Shown here in pieces: positions 24,643 to 33,558 of a stretch of 33,558 nt of DNA. The first letter of the stretch is position 1; each line of letters opens with the position of its first letter. Origin of the DNA: Hydrurus foetidus. Lineage: Eukaryota. Location: contig UYFQ01000838.1 in NCBI GenBank assembly GCA_900617105.1, positions 1 to 33,558 on the forward strand. The letters run 5' to 3'. The position numbers and the translations under genes are program-made. Under the pieces are notes generated by a model. It worked only from the letters and a program-made list of their open reading frames with translations, was not told the DNA's origin and did not search any database.

Positions 24643-26238
24643 ATGTCTGTAGGATATGTTGCATCAAGCTTCGTCGCTAAAGCCGTGATATCGTCATTGA
24701 CGTTATTCTCATTACTTACGACGCCATCAGTGGAGTTGACAAAACCACTGCAGTACGACTCATTCTCGACCACATATGATGTGCTTAATGGTGGATCCGT
24801 AACGGCCGCTCTCGGTATTGATGGCATGCGAGACTTAGCCGCTGCATTTGTTGCTGGTGATGTATTGGAAGTTGCTGTTGGTACTGGATTGCAAAGCCAG
24901 TACTACAGATGGCCACAAATCACTAGCTTCTCTGGAGTTGATATGAGTGAAGGCATGCTACGTGAGGCTAGTGAGAGGATCCCAGCCTTAGTATCGAAGA
25001 GTAATTCCAAAATCCCTATAGAGCTTCGGCGCATGAACTCTAATAAACTTGATTATGATGATGGCAAGGTAATCCACTTTACTAGCAGTATAGTTTTGAA
25101 GAGCATTACTGACGATAAGCGATGCGCAGTTGCAACAAGAAGGGTAGTAGATGAATGAGCTTTTATAGCAGAGGCAGCCTATCCGTGTGCATCTTTTAGC
25201 AGCTTTTACTAATCGATTCTGATTTCTGATTTTTGTCGGCACTATTTACCAATAACGAAAATCAGACCTACGTAATACTTGAGGAATCTGATGATGCACT
25301 AATACTGATTTGCAACAATACAGTTTGACACAGTGGTGGACACGTTCTCTATGTGTGTTTTTGACGATCCTTTGCAAGCCATCAAGGAAATGAACAGAGT
25401 TTTGAAACCAAGTGGTCGGTGAGTCATAACGTAATTCTACGTGAAATGAGGATAATCCATTATGTGTGCAACTGGTCAATATCAGATCAAGGCAGTCAAA
25501 TTGTTTCCGCTAATATATTTGATGAATCAAGGCGAACTACAGTACTTGGTATTTGTCTTTCAAATACATTTTTTTACTGTATTCCACGTGTTCTGTTCAC
25601 GAAGAATTGTAGAAACTTTTACTGAACCATTGAATGGAAGTGCATTCACAGTCACAATGTTATAATATTGTTCTTTTCAATGCTAAGTTATTATGTTCGC
25701 ATAATTTCTATGCAACTAATGTCGTGTCACGATACCATCATACTCGACAACTAAATTATGCTGCATTTGTATTTCCTTTCACTCATATTAGGGTTGTTTT
25801 GGTCGAAAATTCAGTGAGTACAAATTCTCTTCTAGCGAATATACAGGATGTAACTGAGCCGATTATAACTCCTTATTCTAAAGGCTGCAGGTGATACCAA
25901 ATGAAATGAAATAGCATCAAATAGAATGAATGAAAATAGCAAGAATTGAAATGAGATGACTGTGAAGATGAATCGTAATAAAATGTGATGACTAATTATA
26001 TCAAACGACATAATATAATGAAAAACAATATTACATGCAAGAAATATATGAGTCTCTTATGCGATATCGAAAATAGTACAAAATCTTATCTCTTGTTTTT
26101 TTCTGTCTGTTTATGAACATTAGGTGGAACGTAAATATTCCAAAATTAGCGAATCAAGCGGGCTTGAAACTGGTTGAAGGCAAGGATATTCAGTTGGGGA
26201 CAATAATGTACGGAGTATACAGCAAAACAGATGAGTGA
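24643..26238 (+). CDS. Class I SAM-dependent methyltransferase (type 11; OMS1/METTL7-like); exons 24643-25068, 25324-25418, 25792-25890, 26124-26238; 5' end uncertain
   Basis: [16 protein letters not shown] (motif I), [50 protein letters not shown]. The frame stays open back to ~24565, so an upstream exon is possible. Confidence 0.88.
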
Positions 26239-27751
26239 ATGAAATACTAAAAATAATCACCGCACTTAGCGTCTTTTGATTTTGAGAATCTGGAAGAAGA
26301 TAGGCTGTGTGGTGTGGAGACTTATGATTAAAATTAGAGCAGATTAGACTCAAATCCTTAACGGGATATCTATTGAGGATTCTGCGAAGTGAGGAGGTCC
26401 AGTAATCAGTTAGAGATGGGGCCGTAATAGGAGGAAATATTACAGTGAAAAAGCTGAGCATTTGCATGGAGTAAAATCGCCCATTCATCGATTGGTCGTC
26501 CGGCCGCATCATCGGCTAATTAGGATGGTATAAACATACGAAGGCTACAGGGGCATGAATGACTTTTTGTCTTCTTGGCTATTTTCCAATAGTAAATGGA
26601 CATACGCTGCACACTCTCATAACTGACTAGAGAGGCGATGAAGGGATTTGTGAGGGAGAATGAAAAATAGATAGATAAGATGAAACAAGCGGCTAGAGAA
26701 ACGAAGCATAAATATATAAAAAGTGAAGATAGAAATAATGAGAAGAAACGAAGAAAGAACAAAAGTGTGAACTAAAGGAAGAGTGGAAGAATCAGAATGT
26801 AATATAGATTATTGCGAACAACATAGTATAGAATAAGAAAGAGAAGTGAATGATGACCATCGCCAGTGCGATAAGATGCATTACAAAACATGTTGAAAAG
26901 AAATGAAGATCACAAATGACTCCCATACTGTACGTTCTCATCAGAGATATTGAGCAGTGAAACTTCCGTGGCTACCCAATAAAGTAACTTGATGAAAGAG
27001 CTGTTAGAGTCAATCCTACAGGGACGAAGCAGCTCCTAAATGATACTGGCACTAATTTATTGAGAACTCTCAGATGGAATGTCGAGTATAAGAATTGATT
27101 TGAGAGATTAGAAGAGAATGTAATTATCGAAAATGATGCTGTGCCGCATTCAAAATATCATTTCACGAATTCGACTTTCCTTTTCGGATACACAGTTTGC
27201 ACAACATTTTATGAATCAAACGCAAAATGTTCGTTCTTGTCAGTACTTACAAAGATGCACTAATTGATAGTCAGTGCTCCATATACAATTTTTCGAAAAA
27301 TTCGTATCATACAGAATCTTAATGGTGTTGATAAGTAAAGGCCCTGTGACCAAAACCCAATAATATGGCTCTGACATGCACTGCAAATTGTTTCCACTTG
27401 GCATAAGGATTGGCCTGCACACCCTAAAATACTGCTGCAACTCATACACACGCACGTACTCCAGAAGATAGTGTGTACTGAACTGCACAGATGAAACTGA
27501 GGATATACATGTATGTCGATTGCTCCTCCATAAGACTACCATTTCATCTTCGGTACACGTAGGAGTTACATCCCTCCATGAAGTTATTTCTCCGGACGAA
27601 GCGTTTATCGCAGCATTTTCCCCTAATTGGTCTGGGCTTCTGACGTAGCACGTGATGCAAGAAATAAAAATGAGGAAAATGAATTTTTATGAAATGAAAT
27701 GAAGTTTTAAGATTACTATACATTGAGCAAATTTCAATTTTTCTTATCATT

Positions 27752-29209
27752 TCAATTTATTAGAACAGAGATAACTGAGTCGTCTTTAATTCCTAATTGA
27801 TACAAAGTTAATTTTTTGGCATCTGTCAGTTTACGTCCGTCATAAAAAAATTGCAACTCATTTTCACGTTTTCCAACACTTTTTGCAATATTTAAAACCA
27901 ACTTTCCAAAGAAGCTTTCTAGTCGTAATTTGACAGTCATGTTTTCGAAATCAGATGAAGTAGAAGATGTAGACATTGGTTGTTCAAAAGTAATGGTAAT
28001 CGTGATAGGAGAAGAGCGTAGCGTTAAAGTGGAGTTAGTGATTACTTTTTGTTGTTTGAAAGAGAGGTCGAGATTTAGATCATCCCTGCCGGCAGGATCG
28101 AAAGTGTAGCAAACGTCATCAGGAAATCGTACTGACGATTGCTTTGATAGAATGTCATGCAGAGACCGAAGAGTTTGACTTACGAAAACGGTGAAATCAA
28201 ATTCACATTTTCCTGAAGTTGTTGTGTACTGAAGTGGAACTATGATATTTATCTTAACGCGTTCTTCAACTGCACTTTCAGGCTTGGCAATAACAGCGAC
28301 TGGAACAGTTCTGGCCGGCATCGAAGCAGAAGGTTTTTGTAATTCTGATTGTCGACTTTTATCTTCACCTGCTTTTGGTTTCATTTGACCAACCTTCTCA
28401 AAATTAATAATCGCTGCGGCGTATAAATCCTTCGGAATAGTCACATCAATTATATCCTCATCAGCCATCTCCAATTCTTCTGGTGTCTGATCATCAGTAA
28501 TCGGGTACTCGGATTCCATTTTTATCTTGGAAAAATCTACACCATAAATTCTCGACAATTCTTGCCGCAATTTCCCCAAATTATCTGTCTCTAAAATCTG
28601 GAACTTTTTTTCGTGTACGCCATTCAGTCGAGTTTTGATACGAACGAAAGATCCTTCTATCACTTCAGGCACAATCGGAGCTTTCGGTTTTTCTGGTGAA
28701 TTCAATGCAAATAGTAAAATATCCGCGGGAGCATGGTTGAACACTCTCTCTGAAGCCTGTTTTACTGTCTTCACTACGAATGTCGAGATAGCCGGTATGA
28801 GGGACACCTCTTGAGTGTCATCCGTTGTCAACGACTCTAAATTTGATTGTTTGAATAGAGAAAGTAGCTCCTTCTTCCTTTTGACTTCCTCATTTTCGAA
28901 TTCTTCGCACTGACTATCATCAAGATTTTGATCATCGGGTTTTGATTCTGACAAGAGCCTAGAAACGATACTCCTGGCGTCAAGTTTTCTCTGCTCCAAG
29001 ATGGAATCGTCAATAGCGAACCCATTTTCGGAATCATCAACATCGATTGTGGCTGAGATTTTGACAGCCTTTTTGGCAACAATTTTTTTCTTGGTATCCA
29101 CCTCCTTTCTCTTTCTCTTTCCTACAGTGTTATCAAAGGCATCACTACAGTCTTCCTCTGATCCACCATCATCGTCATGGAAGGCCTTTGGCTTATAGAA
29201 GAAAGACAT
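27752..29209 (-). CDS. Rad60/Esc2/NIP45 (RENi)-like protein with SUMO/ubiquitin-like domains, intronless
   Basis: 485-aa ORF with acidic/basic N-terminus (KRKRK NLS-like), SUMO-like signature TPEELEMADEDIIDV and a C-terminal UBL (LQFFYDGRKL...TLYQLGIKDDSVISV) lacking a terminal GG. Confidence 0.75.
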   Translation of the reverse strand: MSFFYKPKAFHDDDGGSEEDCSDAFDNTVGKRKRKEVDTKKKIVAKKAVKISATIDVDDSENGFAIDDSILEQRKLDARSIVSRLLSESKPDDQNLDDSQCEEFENEEVKRKKELLSLFKQSNLESLTTDDTQEVSLIPAISTFVVKTVKQASERVFNHAPADILLFALNSPEKPKAPIVPEVIEGSFVRIKTRLNGVHEKKFQILETDNLGKLRQELSRIYGVDFSKIKMESEYPITDDQTPEELEMADEDIIDVTIPKDLYAAAIINFEKVGQMKPKAGEDKSRQSELQKPSASMPARTVPVAVIAKPESAVEERVKINIIVPLQYTTTSGKCEFDFTVFVSQTLRSLHDILSKQSSVRFPDDVCYTFDPAGRDDLNLDLSFKQQKVITNSTLTLRSSPITITITFEQPMSTSSTSSDFENMTVKLRLESFFGKLVLNIAKSVGKRENELQFFYDGRKLTDAKKLTLYQLGIKDDSVISVLIN

Positions 29210-29585
29210 CGACCGGATTGCCTCTCAATAACTGCACCCACTCTCTGAAATCAGACTGGTGGCGGATAAATGAGCCAGCTCTTAGGCAGTTTTCAAAGTG
29301 AAGTGATGATGTAAGTTGTCGTTCAACCAACTGTATTGCCCATCGCCCGTTAGGTCGTTCCTTTGTGGGCAAACAGAATACAAAATACAAAACGAGGTAA
29401 ATTCGTTTTTTTGTAATTTGTATTCTGTCACTCAACGTCTGCTGTCGTACGACAGAATACAAAACAAGAAGATATTTATTTCGTACCGTCATCGTTTATT
29501 GTGGTTCGACGTGGACGATTACAAATCGAAGGTATTGATGTTGCGGAGTATCGAACACCGAACACAACATTGAACGATAGAATCG

Positions 29586-30628
29586 ATGAAGCGTTCTGAG
29601 GCTCCAAGCCATAATCCTTCTTTCAAGAAGAAGGCGAAACCCGACCGTCTTCGAGAAGTTGCTGTCCGAATGCCTCCTCCTCAATCCAAGAATGTGAAGA
29701 TTTCCCCAACACATTTAAACGACAAGCAACTGACATCACTGCAGTACCTACTATCTGCTGCCGCTTACGCCTCTATTCTGGAGACCTCGACTACGAATAC
29801 GTCTGGCCTCCGTGAAAAATGTTATAATTACTACCATGGGTATGACGAAGATCATATTGGAGTTGTGAAAAATTTCCTCGCCGGGAATGATAGGTTCCAC
29901 GTATTATGGGATTCTGGGAGAATTGCTAGTGGGTTTGGGAATTTATCTGGATTGAGTCTTGCCAGCATTGAAGATGTTATCTACAAGCCTACGCTGAAAG
30001 GGAAAACCATCTTCACCGGTCGCCAAATCTTAGACAAGGCGAGAGACGCATTGAAAGAGGGGAATAAATACCTAGTCTTTTGGATGGAATTCCTTGTTGG
30101 TGGTTCTATGCCCAGTGGAATGACAGAGGTCATTGCCCTACAGCATGTTATGAAGAGAGCCGCCGATCAGATGTCACTTGAATGTGCTGAGGAAGATGAA
30201 GATGAAGGTATAATTTTCTACCCAGTGCGTGACATGTGTTTGACACTTTTCCCCATGAGATATGATATTATTTTGACATATGCTTAGAATTGGAAAGTCC
30301 GTTGAATTGCTTTTATACCCGAAAACCAGTCAATTTATAGGGAAAACGCTGGCAAAATTTTGATTATGCTTTATTCCATGCAGGTTTTGATGAGATTGGT
30401 GAAAATCAGAATGATGGCCCTCCATTGGACCTTAAGATGGCAGGTCGCATGTTCGAAATGCTTCATGATGACTTCGATAATACACAAGAAAATGATAATG
30501 TTGAAGGCTATGAGGAGGAGGAACAGGAGGAACAGGAGGAACAGGAGGAAGAGCTGACGCAGCCAAAGCGCTTCATTCCCAATTCAATTCCCAACGCTTA
30601 TGAAAATGAGTTATTAGTTTATCTCTAA
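29586..30628 (+). CDS. Harbinger ORF1 (putative Myb/SANT-like DNA-binding partner); exons 29586-30207 and 30384-30628
   Basis: Lies inside the TIRs opposite the transposase. TGRQILDKARDALKE resembles a trihelix/Myb third helix and is followed by MPSG and an acidic tail. G|GT...CAG|GT splice is in phase. It may be truncated or non-functional. Confidence 0.6.
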
Positions 30629-30714
30629 ACATTTTGTTTGTCATTTTTAATATTTAATAATTATTATTCTCTACACCATCAAATTCTTCGCCGCCTTCGT
30701 AACCAAAAGGTTTA

Positions 30715-31627
30715 TTATGAACGCTTCTGAAATCTAGAGTTCTTATTCTTTAATCTTGAGTGACATCTTTCCAGAACCACATGCGTGGCATCAGCGGAAT
30801 CTATACACCCATCGAATCCAGCTCGTTTGAACTCGGACATGCAGTCCTCTATTTCTCCCTCAGTCTCAGGACGCTTAACGCATTTAGGATAAAGATATGT
30901 CCAGCACGCAACCGTGTAGTCTTTCAAGAACTTACGATGAATCTCCTCAGATACACCGGTCGATTCAAACAGGTCATCAAATGTCCATCCCCTTCCCAAG
31001 TATCGCAGTGCACCAAGAATAAGAATGTCTAGAGGGATGCCAGGCTATCCTAATGCATTGCATTTCTCATATGATGGAAACCAGTCATCATTATGTCTCA
31101 TATGATGGAAGATATGTCCAGCACGCAACTGTGTAGTCTTTCAAGAACTTACGATGAATCTCCTCAGATACACCGGTCGATTCAAACAGGTCATCAAATG
31201 TCCATCCCCTTCCCAAGTATCGCAGTGCACCAAGAATAAGAATGTCTAGAGGGATGCCAGGCTATCCTAATGCATTGCATTTCTCATATGATGGAAACCA
31301 GTCATCATTTCTAGCCTCAGCAACAATATCACGATATGATTTATAAGGCATCCGAAACCATCTTCGGAATAGAGTGTGAAACGCCACAGTTCTCTGTTTT
31401 TCAGGATGTTCCGCGTAACTGTTGTACCACTCAGAACATAGAGCTGATTGTGGGTCATATCCCTCAAAGTGACGATGTGCAAACTTCCTTTTCTTCGGTA
31501 CAACCACTTCTTCTTCCTCATCTTCATCAAAATATTGGCAACGCTGGTTTCGATACTGGGCGAATTTTGCCGGATCAAAGTTGCCATCATTATCCAAGCA
31601 AGAGCGAAGAGATGCAATTTGTTCCAT
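30715..31627 (-). pseudogene. Harbinger DDE transposase pseudogene (Plant_tran/DDE_Tnp_4-like)
   Basis: FRRWFRMPY, PLDILILGALRYLGRGWTFDDL.ESTGVS, AGFDGCIDSADATHV (first catalytic Asp). It carries an in-frame TAG at 31262-31264 and a 201-bp duplication, and lacks the remainder of the DDE domain. Confidence 0.9.
30892..31309. repeat. 201-bp tandem duplication with 16-nt filler
   Basis: 30892-31092 and 31109-31309 are near-identical (one C/T difference seen: CAACCG vs CAACTG). Confidence 0.95.
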
Positions 31628-31963
31628 GGTTCAGAATGTGGCTATTTGTGACTAAATATGACTTTAAGTATTAACTAATGCAGTTTGTCAAGACGATTCA
31701 CCATGGAGAATCAGAGGCCTTTTTTTGTTCCCTAGGCCTCTGGAGTATTCGAAAAAACAGAAAAAGTAATCCTCCAAATCAAATCCGTCACCACAACAAA
31801 CGGGAACCCGGAGGATTACTAGATTTTTCTATTTTGTATTCTGTATTCTGTCCGACCACAAGGAATGACCTTACAGCTTACAGGGCACATTAGGCTTTGG
31901 CGAGATTTGCCCCGGGTACCCCGGCCACTTTTTAGCTGTAACCCGGTATTCTCAGGCAACTTG

Positions 31964-33558
31964 TGTTGGAATACCTGTAGTTGATAGATGATTCCAAGTA
32001 GATAGCTGAAGTCGTTAGAAAGACCGTTGAAGATACGTTTGATTCAAAAATCGTTCTGTAGCAAACCTGAAGAGTCGAAAAAGATTTTTCCACGTTGCAC
32101 TCCCGTCGAGTACACTGATGAATTAGATAGCCTTGCAGTTCTAATTAACAAGTATCCTTTTCGGAAGAAGACGCATCGTGTTACGAGCCTTGGTGAGATT
32201 GTAGTGCAGATTTTGTGTTCGTTCGCCCACCCCGAATCCCTGAAATCGTGCGACTAAATCCGCAATTACCGACATAATTAGAACTCATCCGCGAGAGGAA
32301 CAGCAACGAAGGATTGCGTGTACAGCACGACATCAACCGAAAGTCAGATCAATCAAGTTCGATAAGTGAGAAGTCAGTCAGACCTATCGACGTAGGTCAG
32401 TGATTGTCAAGTTGTCGACACGGCACCCTGTATTTACGGCTGGGACAGGACACTTTCGAGACACAACATTACCCACGCACTTCTATACCCGCTCTCCCGC
32501 GTCGACAATTCACTACTACAAACCGCGAAAGTCTTTCGCAATCTTCATCTGAACTTGAAGGAGACAATGGCAAGTTCGAAGTCCGTGCCGAAAGACGGAC
32601 CGACCATGTTGCAGTTTGGGAGACAAAATAATTTCACCGCCTCGAAGCTGGAACGCGTTAATGTGTGCTGCAAAGAATTCGGATTCCTTGCGAATATCCT
32701 ACAGACAAACGAGCCGTACGAACCAGCAGTGGGTCAACCTGCCGATTACATGCCAGCACCTGCGGGGGAAGGTCAAGAGCCACTTCCAGCACTCGGAGCT
32801 GCCGCCATAGCGGGCCTAAGACTGGACTCGGAAAGACAACGCAACAAAGTGATTGCAAAACTGAAAGTTGAAGCCCCAAAACTGAACGCAACACTCTGGG
32901 AGACGCTTTCGCTCGAATCAATTTAAGAAATCCGCCAGCATGAGGACTATCTGGAGGCGAACCTGGACCAGAATCCGAATTCGCTTTGGGCTATAATAGT
33001 TGAAACCCATGTTACAGCAATTCATGGTGCAGGACCAGAAATGCGGGAACTAGAGATAGTCACGCTGAAAGCGAAGCTCAACACAATCAGACAAAGACCT
33101 AATATGACCATTGGAGACTTCAAAAAGGAATTCGACGATCAAATCGAGATCATCACCGGAGCCGGAGTTGATCCACCTCCACAGCCAGAACTTGCGATTC
33201 TGTTCCTCACCAAATCAGACCCCTCAAGATATGCCCCTATGATAGCTCAGCTCACGAACGACGCGACCTTAGGAAGACCCTTTCCACAGACCTTGCACGC
33301 CGCATGGACCATCGCATCGGGGTGGAAAGGATCGACATATAAGGGACACAACGGAGGAGAGATGCACTCAGTTTTTACTCTCGCAGACGACGAGAGAGAT
33401 AACGGAGGTCGAGGACGCGGCAGAGGGCGCGGAAAAGTGGGCAACAAACAACCAGAAAAAGGACCCATGCCGACCAACCAGAAGGCACCCTCCACGACTG
33501 AGACACGTACATGCAGAGGATGTCTTCAGAAGGGGCACCTGATTAAGAATTGTCCGGA
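31964..33558 (+). mobile_element. 5' portion of an LTR retrotransposon, probably Ty1/copia (CoDi-like); left boundary tentative
   Basis: TGTTGG at 31964 is a plausible LTR start, followed by a ~600-nt leader and then gag. The second LTR and pol are outside the window. Confidence 0.65.
32567..33558 (+). pseudogene. gag: Retrotransposon gag with in-frame TAA at 32924-32926; runs off the window
   Basis: The frame continues past the TAA: EIRQHEDY...NPNSLWAII...IRQRPNMTIGDFKKEF...AILFLTKSDPSRYAPMIAQLTNDATLGRPFPQTLHAAWTIASGWK...GGRGRGRGRG...CRGCLQKGHLIKNCP (CX2CX4HX4C zinc knuckle). Confidence 0.88.

Larger units (their letters stand above)
29353..31870. mobile_element. PIF/Harbinger DNA transposon, both ends present, internally damaged
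   Basis: Left end TTA|GGTCGTTCCTTTGTGGGCAAACAGAATACAAAATACAAAA; right end reverse complement GGTCATTCCTTGTGGTCGGACAGAATACAGAATACAAAA, followed by |TTA (31871-31873). TTA is the canonical Harbinger TSD. Two convergent ORFs lie inside. Confidence 0.92.

Noticed and set aside
8257..26238. Glycosyltransferase, methyltransferase, phosphatase and membrane proteins as a possible biosynthetic cluster
   Set aside because: Predicted compartments differ, orientations are mixed, unrelated genes are interspersed and there is no core synthase. It would need synteny or co-expression support.
26240..27750. Several short minus-strand ORFs between two convergent genes
   Set aside because: No motifs, and I could not build a phase-consistent exon chain; treated as 3' UTR/intergenic.

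Overview
Eukaryotic nuclear DNA with GT-AG spliceosomal introns and the standard genetic code. It is probably from a photosynthetic stramenopile (ochrophyte), inferred from a signal+transit-peptide N-terminus and from diatom-like Harbinger and copia elements. Splicing by hand gives nine host genes: the 3' part of a coiled-coil protein gene (+, 535-3809), an ankyrin-repeat protein (-), a 7-exon TMEM87/PTM1-type lung-7TM protein (-), a HAD-IIA hydrolase (+), a GT77-like nucleotide-diphospho-sugar transferase (-), an unassigned His-rich multipass membrane protein (+), a Tubby-domain protein (+), an OMS1/METTL7-like SAM methyltransferase (+), and a Rad60/Esc2/NIP45-like protein with apparently three SUMO/ubiquitin-like domains (-). 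The right end holds a complete-ended but internally damaged PIF/Harbinger transposon (29353-31870, TIRs plus TTA TSD) and the 5' part of a copia-like LTR retrotransposon whose gag has an in-frame stop. Repeats include a G-free 44-bp intronic minisatellite, a ~790-nt pure-pyrimidine (TTCTC)n tract, a 193-bp fold-back element in an intron and many degenerate 5-nt-periodic tracts. I found no clearly new multi-gene system. The best leads are the triple-SLD protein, the His-rich membrane protein, the Harbinger in a gene promoter and the intronic hairpin. All family calls come from motif recognition, not database searches.
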